IMG/VR virus record: IMGVR_UViG_3300037067_020175 | Length of the DNA: 20,000 bases | Source of the DNA: an uncultured virus (IMG/VR IMGVR_UViG_3300037067_020175) | Taxonomy: Duplodnaviria > Heunggongvirae > Uroviricota > Caudoviricetes | Strand: one strand, 5' to 3' | In this document: in pieces, positions 1-6,774 of the stretch | Numbering within the stretch: position 1 is the stretch's first letter | How the letters are laid out: each line of letters opens with the position of its first letter | Program-made: the position numbers and the translations under genes | The notes under the pieces: model-generated | The model's database searches: none | Seen by the model: only the letters and a program-made list of their open reading frames with translations | Told to the model about the DNA's origin: nothing

Positions 1-43
1 GAATGTCAATCAGGTATTCTACTTTTGAATTATGGGTGTTCAG

Positions 44-277
44 AGGGCTCGGTGGGGATCGAACCCACTACTTCCAGTTTTCCGGAGTGTAATCGCACGA
101 CATACGAGACTGGAGGCAGGACTTTACTGCATTTACCCACACTTTATTTTCCGTTATTGTCTCGAATCAGGGGAGTTTCAAGGTTCCCTGAGCCACATGC
201 AGGTGGTTTTGAGATCACTCGTATGCCGCGCGATTACCTTTACAGGACTGGCGCAGTTCCATTACTGCTCCGAACCC
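44..277 (-). tRNA. trnT: tRNA-Thr(TGT) with a 161-nt intron (80..240) at position 37/38; atypical G8 and C33
   Basis: Minus strand: acceptor GGGTTCG/CGAGCCC, U73, D arm GCAG/CTGC, anticodon stem CCAGT/ACTGG, loop CC-TGT-A|A, T arm GTGGG-TTCGATC-CCCAC. BHB-like junction has central helix CCTG/CCGG (one mismatch) and TAA/AAA bulges. Confidence 0.8.
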
Positions 278-311
278 TTAAATTCTCGTTGCTGGCTTAA
301 TTTCCAGCTCA

Positions 312-386
312 TGCACCCGTTCGGACTCGAACCGAAACAGTTAACCGGTCTTCAGCCGGTCGCGCTCCCAATTGTGCCACGGGTGC
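312..386 (-). tRNA. trnF: tRNA-Phe(GAA)
   Basis: Acceptor GCACCCG/CGGGTGC, anticodon arm ACCGG-CTGAAGA-CCGGT, T loop TTCGAGT, A73. Confidence 0.93.
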
Positions 387-446
387 GGTTAAAATTTCCT
401 CATTATTGGAAGGTTAATTCCCGAATTCTTCTTCGGTGAAAAAAGT

Positions 447-503
447 TCGGGTGCCTTCACTAAACGTTTCCCACGTCTCGCGACCTGTTATAATAACACC
501 CGA
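447..503 (-). ncRNA. putative small structured RNA at the head of the Phe/Thr transcript
   Basis: 9-bp closing stem TCGGGTGTT/GGCACCCGA whose GU pairs favour the minus strand; internal GTC-GCGA-GAC GNRA hairpin; followed by a T-run; about 30 nt downstream of a TATA box. Confidence 0.4.
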
Positions 504-534
504 TAATGTCATACTTACCTGTTGATTCTGAATA

Positions 535-542
535 TATTTAAA
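535..542 (-). promoter_or_regulatory. archaeal TATA box (TTTAAATA) for the ncRNA/Phe/Thr unit
   Basis: TTTAAATA with A-rich upstream sequence, just past the RNA ligase stop codon. Confidence 0.55.
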
Positions 543-548
543 GGTTTG

Positions 549-1859
549 TTATTCTCCTTGCGATTCCTCGATGTCTACAGACTCCGGGTCGAGCTTGATT
601 ATATCTTCCAAAACTTTGAACTGGAAACTCTTGTACTTCCAGACCTGCCACTTTGAACCATCCGCGCGCACGACAACTCCCTCTCTGATATGCTTGTCGC
701 AGAGTGTGGAATCTCCATTCACATGGTGGTCGTCGAGGTAGTGCAGGAGTTGTGTTGCGTTTGCGTTCTCTCCTTCTCCGGTGCCAAGTCTGAACAGGGT
801 TCTACCGAGCTCAGGGACGTGCTTAACATCCATCTCCGCGCACCGGTGCTTCACCATGTCCCATGAGTAGTCTACTTCGTCTCCTTCATCGTTGGTGATG
901 GTCATGCGGTAGACATAGACATCGTGGACACCCTGACCGCAACCATACGTGAAGTGAGTGGTCTTCCCATACTTCTTCACGAATTCCTTGTCCTGAAGCT
1001 TGGTGTTGTCAGCCGAAGGCATGATGGGAGTGTGCTCAGCCGCGTATCCTACCACTTCGTAGTATACTGTTTCTCCCTTGCGGAGTTTGCCGACAAACCG
1101 GTTGTGCGCGCATTCCCGGTATTTCTCGTTGTCTCCGTAGAATCCACGGTAAGTTGCGAAATCCTTGATCACAACCCGGCGTGTGCCACCGACATACTTG
1201 TAGTTTCTGACCGGATTGATTATGGTTCTTTTCAGGAGTCCGTTGATAATGCGTCCATACCACGCGTGCTTCTCTTCAATAGAGTTGCTGGTGCGCTGAG
1301 ATGTTCCATGAACCTTCTCGGTTATGATCAGGAACATTCCGTCCTTGAGTTCATCGAGACGGTATGCAAGCTGCTGAGTATCGGGCATCTCGTAGAACAT
1401 TGGGAACTTGATCTTTTCTACGAATTCTTTCTTCTGTGAGCGCGCATTCTGCGTCTTTGTATTCACGAACTTCTCACAGATCTTGTGACCGTTGAACTCT
1501 GTGAATGCAAGTCCGATTTCGAGTTTGTAGATGTCTATTCCCGTATATGACACACTTTCGAGTGAACAGAAGTATCCATCGCTCTTTTCCTTGCGGATTT
1601 TCTGCGTGCGTACTTTTCCATTTGGGTCGAAAAGTCCTCCTATGTTCTTACCGTCTACTACATTGCGCACGAGGTTGTTTACCCGCAGGTATTCCTCCGA
1701 TAGTCTGCCATCGGCTGGAAAGTAAATTCCCACATCGTTCTCTTTGACATCGAGACCGACTACGACTTGGTTTCCGAAGCACTCACCAAGTAAAAGGCTG
1801 TGTGCGTCCGGGTGCTTTCTCACGTTTGTGATTCTTGTTACAAATGCTGTGTATGCCAA
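549..1859 (-). CDS. ATP-dependent RNA ligase (Rnl2/DRB0094-like) with an N-terminal tRNA-binding/OB-like domain
   Basis: Motif I ITEKVHGTS, YYEVVG, EGVVVR (motif IV), KYK (motif V). The N-terminus (VRKHPDAHSL...GIYFPADG) resembles the DRB0094-family extension. GAGGTGA RBS precedes the TTG start. Confidence 0.88.
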   Translation of the reverse strand: MAYTAFVTRITNVRKHPDAHSLLLGECFGNQVVVGLDVKENDVGIYFPADGRLSEEYLRVNNLVRNVVDGKNIGGLFDPNGKVRTQKIRKEKSDGYFCSLESVSYTGIDIYKLEIGLAFTEFNGHKICEKFVNTKTQNARSQKKEFVEKIKFPMFYEMPDTQQLAYRLDELKDGMFLIITEKVHGTSQRTSNSIEEKHAWYGRIINGLLKRTIINPVRNYKYVGGTRRVVIKDFATYRGFYGDNEKYRECAHNRFVGKLRKGETVYYEVVGYAAEHTPIMPSADNTKLQDKEFVKKYGKTTHFTYGCGQGVHDVYVYRMTITNDEGDEVDYSWDMVKHRCAEMDVKHVPELGRTLFRLGTGEGENANATQLLHYLDDHHVNGDSTLCDKHIREGVVVRADGSKWQVWKYKSFQFKVLEDIIKLDPESVDIEESQGE

Positions 1860-1879
1860 CGATTTTCACCTCGTTTGGA

Positions 1880-1950
1880 CGGGCTCAACGGGGATCGAAC
1901 CCGCGAGAAGGGATTAAGAGTCCCTCATGTTACCTCTACATCATGAACCC
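1880..1950 (-). tRNA. trnK: tRNA-Lys(CTT)
   Basis: Acceptor GGGTTCA/TGAGCCC, anticodon arm AGGGA-CTCTTAA-TCCCT, T loop TTCGATC, G73. Confidence 0.92.
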
Positions 1951-1953
1951 TGA

Positions 1954-2025
1954 TACGACTACCGGGAGTTGCACCCGGACTCAAAGGCTGAGAACCTCTG
2001 TTCCTTACTGTTAGATTATAGTCGC
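1954..2025 (-). tRNA. trnE: tRNA-Glu(CTC)
   Basis: Acceptor GCGACTA/TAGTCGT, anticodon arm AGAGG-TTCTCAG-CCTTT, T arm CCGGG-TGCAACT-CCCGG. Confidence 0.88.
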
Positions 2026-2036
2026 GCATTTTTCTA

Positions 2037-2109
2037 CAGGCGCGCCGGGAGTTGCACCCGGATCGTTTGGTTCGAAGCCGAACAGGATTATCTGCTACCC
2101 CACGCACCT
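2037..2109 (-). tRNA. trnR: tRNA-Arg(TCG)
   Basis: Acceptor AGGTGCG/CGCGCCT, anticodon loop CT-TCG-AA (one mismatch in the stem), T arm CCGGG-TGCAACT-CCCGG, G73. Confidence 0.87.
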
Positions 2110-2123
2110 ACTTTGTTATTATG

Positions 2124-2250
2124 ACGGAAGTTTTTGTACAAGTCCGTTCGTTTCCCTCCCGCGCGGGTGACTAGCCCTCCGCGTTCCACGGGAACACCGA
2201 TGTGGGGTAATGAGCCCCGGTTGGCTTCACACTCAGACCTTTTCTTTCCG
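2124..2250 (-). ncRNA. putative multibranch structured RNA within the tRNA operon
   Basis: Outer stems CGGAA(A)G/CTTCCG and AGGTCTG/CGGACTT enclose hairpins GGGG-CTCATTA-CCCC, GTTCC-CGT-GGAAC and GGG-CTAGTCA-CCC; no credible ORF. Confidence 0.5.
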
Positions 2251-2324
2251 GGTAGCGACGAGTTGCACGCGCGCCACCAACCTACCGCGAATCGACATCG
2301 ATACTACAGGTTTCGAACCCTGTA
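2251..2324 (-). ncRNA. tRNA-fragment-like hairpins (T-arm mimic and minihelix)
   Basis: TACAGG-GTTCGAAA-CCTGTA and GGTGGCG-C-GCG-TGCAACT-CGT-CGCTACC; both loops resemble T loops, but no full cloverleaf forms. Confidence 0.4.
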
Positions 2325-2326
2325 AA

Positions 2327-2400
2327 TGGACAGAGCGGGATTTGAACCCGCAGCCGCCGATTTGCAAAACCGGAAATCTGCCAATTGGATCTATCTGCCC
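2327..2400 (-). tRNA. trnA: tRNA-Ala(TGC)
   Basis: Acceptor GGGCAGA/TCTGTCC with the G3-U70 identity pair, anticodon arm CCGGT-TTTGCAA-ATCGG, A73. Confidence 0.93.
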
Positions 2401-2422
2401 AATATTAACGCGCCGAAGCGCA

Positions 2423-2494
2423 CGGACACACCGGGTACTGCCCCCGGATCTGCTGAGTGACAGTCAGCCATACTTACTTCTATACTATGCGTCC
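2423..2494 (-). tRNA. trnD: tRNA-Asp(GTC)
   Basis: Acceptor GGACGCA/TGTGTCC, anticodon arm GCTGA-CTGTCAC-TCAGC, atypical T loop GGCAGTA, G73. Confidence 0.88.
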
Positions 2495-2498
2495 AAAG

Positions 2499-2572
2499 GG
2501 TATCAGGTGGGATTCGCACCCATCTCTGCGAGATTCACAGTCTCGTGTGCTGCTGACTACACTACCGACACC
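2499..2572 (-). tRNA. trnH: tRNA-His(GTG) with encoded G-1
   Basis: G-1:C73, acceptor GTGTCGG/CTGATAC, anticodon arm CGAGA-CTGTGAA-TCTCG, T loop TGCGAAT. Confidence 0.9.
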
Positions 2573-2574
2573 AC

Positions 2575-2670
2575 TGGTAGTGGGGATAAAGTCTCCCGCG
2601 CGCATCTTCTCCCCAGCACACGCGCGGTGTTATCGACTTGTGGTAGTCATGACTTTACTCTATAACCACG
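2575..2670 (-). ncRNA. putative three-way-junction RNA
   Basis: Stems GTGGT/ACTAC and TAAAGTC/GACTTTA enclose GACT-ACCACA-AGTC and CCGCGCG...CGCGCGG hairpins; ends in ACCA 2 nt before tRNA-His. Confidence 0.5.
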
Positions 2671-2680
2671 TTAGACACTC

Positions 2681-2827
2681 CCACTACGCTTACACGCGGG
2701 AGAACGGGAACACCTCTTGCGTAGGAATTGCCATTGCACGTCCGTTTATCTTGATGACGGTGACAGGAACGGATAAGGCACCGGGGATTTATGGCGTACC
2801 AGACCTCTCACAGATGTAAGGCTGTGG
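2681..2827 (-). ncRNA. putative rod-like structured RNA (~147 nt)
   Basis: Nested stems CCAC/GTGG, CTTACA/TGTAAG, GAGA/TCTC, GCCAT/ATGGC, TGC/GCA and TCCGTT/AACGGA; starts directly after the tRNA-Gln discriminator. Confidence 0.5.
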
Positions 2828-2828
2828 A

Positions 2829-2901
2829 TAGTTCCCGGAAGATTCGAACTTCCGTCGCGAGATCCAGAGTCTCGAATGCTTGACCACTACACTAGGGAAC
2901 T
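2829..2901 (-). tRNA. trnQ: tRNA-Gln(CTG), archaeal type
   Basis: Acceptor AGTTCCC/GGGAACT with A1-U72 and A73 (archaeal Gln signature), anticodon arm CGAGA-CTCTGGA-TCTCG. Confidence 0.94.
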
Positions 2902-2916
2902 TCTTATAGCGCAGGA

Positions 2917-2987
2917 TTCCGGGAAACGGGGTTGCGCCGCTTCTTTAAGCTTATGAGGCTTGCATGCTGCTGTTACATCATCCCGGA
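2917..2987 (-). tRNA. tRNA with CAT anticodon (elongator Met or Ile2)
   Basis: Acceptor TCCGGGA/TCCCGGA, loop CT-CAT-AA, T loop CGCAACC; lacks the initiator 3GC pairs. Confidence 0.82.
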
Positions 2988-3016
2988 TCTTGTGATCATA
3001 ATGTTTGATGTGGTGG

Positions 3017-3023
3017 TATATAA
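3017..3023 (-). promoter_or_regulatory. TATA box (TTATATA) for tRNA cluster 1
   Basis: About 30 nt upstream of the first tRNA, with an A-rich BRE-like region. Confidence 0.55.
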
Positions 3024-3027
3024 CTGT

Positions 3028-3567
3028 TTACTTTTTTCGGTTTGTGTTCTTACCTTTGTATGTGTCTGTAAATGTATGGCAATTTGGACATAACAATTCC
3101 AAATTTTCGTCGGTGTTATTTGCAGTATCCCCATCTTTATGGTGACGTTCTAACGGGATTTTCTCTCCAAGCCAAGTTGTTCCATGACACCGTTCGCATT
3201 TGTGACCGCGCGTGAGAATCAAATAAGTCTTGGTTGCACTTATACCCGGATTCTTCCCATTGCGTATTGTATCGGATACTAAATATATAGATTTACACTT
3301 TGGAGAACAGAATGTTTTTCTTTCACATCTGGCACCACATTGTTTGCAGAATTTTCTTTTATATCCGCGAGATATGTCATTAAAATTTTTAGAACACCTG
3401 TGTGAGCAAAATTCATTCTTGCGTTTGTCGTAAGAGAGTGGGGTTTTGCAATGTTTACATAGTTTTGGATTTAGATTATACTTCTTTATACGTTCCATCA
3501 TTTGCAACTTGTGAGTTATAATCGAGTTTTCGTTTCCAAGCTTCTGCCCTTCTTTAGTCCATACCAT
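3028..3567 (-). CDS. HNH endonuclease with N-terminal Cys-rich zinc-binding repeats
   Basis: CERC...LERHHKDGDTANNTDENLELLCPNCH, plus CKHC/FCSxxC repeats. Confidence 0.9.
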   Translation of the reverse strand: MVWTKEGQKLGNENSIITHKLQMMERIKKYNLNPKLCKHCKTPLSYDKRKNEFCSHRCSKNFNDISRGYKRKFCKQCGARCERKTFCSPKCKSIYLVSDTIRNGKNPGISATKTYLILTRGHKCERCHGTTWLGEKIPLERHHKDGDTANNTDENLELLCPNCHTFTDTYKGKNTNRKK

Positions 3568-3588
3568 AATTCATATTTGATTACAATC

Positions 3589-3649
3589 TATATAAATTTA
3601 TATGTAAATTGCACTCGTTAATCAACAGTGCTATGCAAGTGTTTATAAA
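3589..3649. promoter_or_regulatory. divergent TATA boxes (3589-3596 minus; 3642-3649 plus), probably leaderless mRNAs
   Basis: TTTATATA and TTTATAAA each lie about 22 nt from the ATG of the HNH and deoxyribosyltransferase-like genes. Confidence 0.55.
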
Positions 3650-3671
3650 CCCTTTCATTCAATATGAGATC

Positions 3672-4124
3672 ATGTATTACTTGGAATCTCCGGACATTCT
3701 TCCGGTAGAAGTTCAGAAAAGCCTCTATCCGAGTCTGTTTTTGGCTGGAGGGATTAGTGGTTGTCCGGATTGGCAAAGCGAGATGGTTAAGAATCTCGAA
3801 CTTACAGATTTTGTTGTTATGAACCCGCGCAGAAAAGATTTCAATGTAAGAGACCCGAATGCGGCATTTAACCAGATACGATGGGAGCATGATCACTTGC
3901 GCGCGGCTGATATGATATCTTTCTGGTTCCCAAAAGAAACGTTGTGTCCAATAACCCTCTATGAACTTGGTGCGTGGTCTATGACAGACAAGCCGATATT
4001 CGTAGGTGTCCATCCGGAATATCAGAGAAAGGTTGATGTGGAATTACAGACAGAATTTAGAAGGTATGAAGTGGAAGTGGTTTACTCACTTGAAGATCTC
4101 GCTGAACAGATTATAGAGTATTAA
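3672..4124 (+). CDS. nucleoside 2-deoxyribosyltransferase-like protein
   Basis: SLFLAGGI..CPDWQ, NPRR, QIRWEHDHL..AD.I.FWF, CPITLYELG pattern; ATG 3672 chosen from promoter spacing. Confidence 0.85.
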   Translation: MYYLESPDILPVEVQKSLYPSLFLAGGISGCPDWQSEMVKNLELTDFVVMNPRRKDFNVRDPNAAFNQIRWEHDHLRAADMISFWFPKETLCPITLYELGAWSMTDKPIFVGVHPEYQRKVDVELQTEFRRYEVEVVYSLEDLAEQIIEY

Positions 4125-4141
4125 CAATCGGGTGTGTGTAA

Positions 4142-4996
4142 TTGAAGAAACGTATTTTTGTTGTCACCGATATCCACGGACGTTTGAGTGCTCTTAATGA
4201 AGTTCTCGATGCGGCTGGCTTTGATAATTCGCGGGACTGGCTAATCACGCTTGGAGACGAATGTGACGGTGGAAGTAAAACAAAAGAAGTTATAGACCGC
4301 ATCCTCGAAGTAGAGAACCGTATAGACGTGCAGGGCAACCACGATTACTACTGGTTCCGTCCGTGGGCAATGTGGGATCGTGATGGTGGGGAGTTCCGAC
4401 CACCGGAAACTGCTCACTGGGAGACGCAAGGTGGTATCTGGACTGAGAAGTCATATGGCTTCAACCCTCACAACGTTCCGCAGGAACACAAGGACTATCT
4501 GAATGCGAAGATTCCCTATTACATCGATAAAAAGAAGAATGCGTTTGTACATGGCGGGTTCAGGCAGAATGTTGCATTATCCAAACAGGAACCGAAATCC
4601 ATCGCATGGGACAGGAAACTCCTGAAATATGCGCAAAATAGTCGTGTGCGCGGTTACAATTACGTGTTCGTGGGTCACACGTCAACTCAGTTCCACAAAA
4701 AGAAATCCGTGCATATAACCGATGAGGGACAGGAATATGTTGCATACACTCCATGCACAGAGCCGGTCAAGTTCAACAACCTGATAATGTGCGACTGTGG
4801 GGCTGGATACACCGGTAGGCTAGCTCTGGTTAACGTAGAACATCCCGGAGAATACTGGTTATCGCAGTTTCAGGTGCCTAATTACGAACCGGAAGAGGTT
4901 GAACGTTATCGCATAGATGATGATGGGTCTGACGACACCGAAGAGTTCGTGTGGGGAACAGGGTTCAAAGATAAGTTCGTTGACAGAATGGCTTGA
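4142..4996 (+). CDS. metallophosphoesterase (lambda-phosphatase/PphA-like)
   Basis: DIHG, LGDECDGG, GNHD, HGG and GHT motifs. Confidence 0.9.
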   Translation: MKKRIFVVTDIHGRLSALNEVLDAAGFDNSRDWLITLGDECDGGSKTKEVIDRILEVENRIDVQGNHDYYWFRPWAMWDRDGGEFRPPETAHWETQGGIWTEKSYGFNPHNVPQEHKDYLNAKIPYYIDKKKNAFVHGGFRQNVALSKQEPKSIAWDRKLLKYAQNSRVRGYNYVFVGHTSTQFHKKKSVHITDEGQEYVAYTPCTEPVKFNNLIMCDCGAGYTGRLALVNVEHPGEYWLSQFQVPNYEPEEVERYRIDDDGSDDTEEFVWGTGFKDKFVDRMA

Positions 4997-5124
4997 AAAT
5001 CGGGTGAACGGGGTTGGTAGTGCAAAACTTTATTACCATTCTCACCAAATAAGACTGTTAAGAGAGGAAATAACCAAGATAATATCGGTTAATGACAAAA
5101 TAACGTATATACGGAGACTAAAAC

Positions 5125-5970
5125 TTGGTGAAGCAATTGACAGAAACATGCAATGTAAATGAAATACCAATTTTGAAACGAAGATTACAGCAGCACGATA
5201 AAGTATATATTTATCCACTCTGCGATCTTCACTTTGGAGAAAAGAAAGCTTTTGATGAGAAGAAGTTTCGTGGGTATCTGAAAATTATCGCAGAGGTGGA
5301 TGAAGCATACTGTCTATTCAACGGGGATCTCATAAATTGTGGACTGCCCGGAATGACTGGTGCTGAGAGCTTCTGGAGCCAAGACCCACTCACTCCTCAG
5401 GAACAGAATGATTGCCTCGTAGATCTTGTGCGGGAATATGATATAAAGGACAAGATCCTTGCGATTGTCGGTGGGTCTAATCACCCCGCGCGAGCAAAGA
5501 AGCTGACCGGTCACGACTATGACAAGCAATTCGCGCAGATGCTTGGGTTAGAGCACCTGTATAAAGAACCACTGTGCATACTATTCTTGGGTGTTGGTGC
5601 TCGTAAAACAGCAACCTCGACCCACCATAAGGGCACATCCGTGTGGTACAGTATCGTTACTACTCACGGGTGGGCTGGTGGACGACAAGCGGGTTCGAGT
5701 ATAAATTCTATCAGAGAGCTTGGTGCTGTCTACGGAGCTGATTGTCTTATCACTTCCCATAGGCATCTCGATGCCGGAAGTAAAGATGAGTTCTATGTTC
5801 CGGATTATCACAATAAATGCATCAACAAGATCAAGCGCATGTATGTGAACTCAGGGACGTTCATGAAGTATACCGGATATGCAATCGGTAAAGGATTAAG
5901 ACCGAATGGGACAGGGACACCACGGATTAGATTCGATGGAACAAAGAAGGACGTGCATGTATCAATCTAA
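5125..5970 (+). CDS. calcineurin-like metallophosphoesterase (start may be TTG 5137)
   Basis: DLHFG, NGDLIN, GSNH, THG and SHRH motifs; GGTGA at 5127-5131 suits TTG 5137. Confidence 0.85.
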   Translation: MVKQLTETCNVNEIPILKRRLQQHDKVYIYPLCDLHFGEKKAFDEKKFRGYLKIIAEVDEAYCLFNGDLINCGLPGMTGAESFWSQDPLTPQEQNDCLVDLVREYDIKDKILAIVGGSNHPARAKKLTGHDYDKQFAQMLGLEHLYKEPLCILFLGVGARKTATSTHHKGTSVWYSIVTTHGWAGGRQAGSSINSIRELGAVYGADCLITSHRHLDAGSKDEFYVPDYHNKCINKIKRMYVNSGTFMKYTGYAIGKGLRPNGTGTPRIRFDGTKKDVHVSI

Positions 5971-5976
5971 AATTTT

Positions 5977-6195
5977 TTATCGACGTGCGTATATCAAATT
6001 TATCCCGACATTTCTAACAACGCGCGTGTGAGTGTATCCCTTCTCCCACTTCAACCAGTCGCGAACGCGCGTAGTGCATCTTTCCGTGGTTGCATATGCC
6101 ACGAATTTGTATCTTTTATCGTCGAAGTATCTATAAGCTGGTGTGCACTCATCCCGGTGCAGCGAGTATGCCATATAGTATATTGGTATTTGCAA
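5977..6195 (-). CDS. hypothetical protein
   Basis: Fills an intergenic gap; TTAAATA upstream; start uncertain. Confidence 0.4.
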   Translation of the reverse strand: MQIPIYYMAYSLHRDECTPAYRYFDDKRYKFVAYATTERCTTRVRDWLKWEKGYTHTRVVRNVGINLIYARR

Positions 6196-6309
6196 TCCTA
6201 TTTAAGTTTAACCATCATAGTACAGTAGTAAACTGTGACATACAAAACCATTATAACCTTTAGCAGCACATATACTGATGTTACCTTTGGAAAGAAAGGT
6301 GGTGTTACT

Positions 6310-6774
6310 ATGGAAAGAAATCATCATCATAGAAAGCCAAAGTTTTCGTTGTTTCGGTACGCCGTTCGTCTGGTGAGCAGACTCATCGGGTTACTAGCCG
6401 AGGCACTAGCCGTGTCCCTTGCACTGTACTTGATTCTGGTATTGATCAAGCCTGAGCCACAAATTGGTATCGTAAAGGGAAACGTATTGCTCGGAGCCGA
6501 GCCTGTAGAGGGAGTAACTATGACTCTCGTCAAGGACGAAGTTGTAGCTGCAAGTGTCCTCACGGCAGAAGACGGAAGCTTTGAATTCGATCCTGTAGCT
6601 ATCGGATCGTACACTCTGAATGCACACAAGGATGTGCCAGAGGGATACCTGACTGCAACCGAAGAGATTGAAGTCACGGGAGATGGCGTATCGGTCTCAG
6701 ACTTGACACTGGAAAGATCACATGCGTGGTGCATGCCCGGACACGGTAGATTCCACCCCATTCTTCGCAAGTAG
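6310..6774 (+). CDS. membrane-anchored protein with a carboxypeptidase-regulatory-like (Cna-B/prealbumin) beta-sandwich
   Basis: Basic N-terminus, hydrophobic helix, then GNV...PVEGVTMTL...TAEDGSFEF..V..GSYTL; GGTGGTG RBS before ATG 6310. Confidence 0.7.
   Translation: MERNHHHRKPKFSLFRYAVRLVSRLIGLLAEALAVSLALYLILVLIKPEPQIGIVKGNVLLGAEPVEGVTMTLVKDEVVAASVLTAEDGSFEFDPVAIGSYTLNAHKDVPEGYLTATEEIEVTGDGVSVSDLTLERSHAWCMPGHGRFHPILRK

Noticed and set aside
80..240. Group I intron or box C/D guide inside tRNA-Thr
   Set aside because: No recognisable group I core or U-G 5' splice pair, and no well-placed RUGAUGA/CUGA boxes. The junction fits BHB geometry instead.
25..439. Plus-strand ORFs of 91 and 135 aa (likewise the ORFs at 1925-2819 and 8642-9357)
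   Set aside because: They are shadows of tRNA/ncRNA genes, with no RBS or protein-like features.
2124..2250. RNase P RNA, SRP RNA or tRNA-associated HDV-like (theta) ribozyme
   Set aside because: Lacks the GAGGAAAGUCC P4 motif and the SRP helix-8 motif; I could not build the nested double pseudoknot around TTCCCGT.
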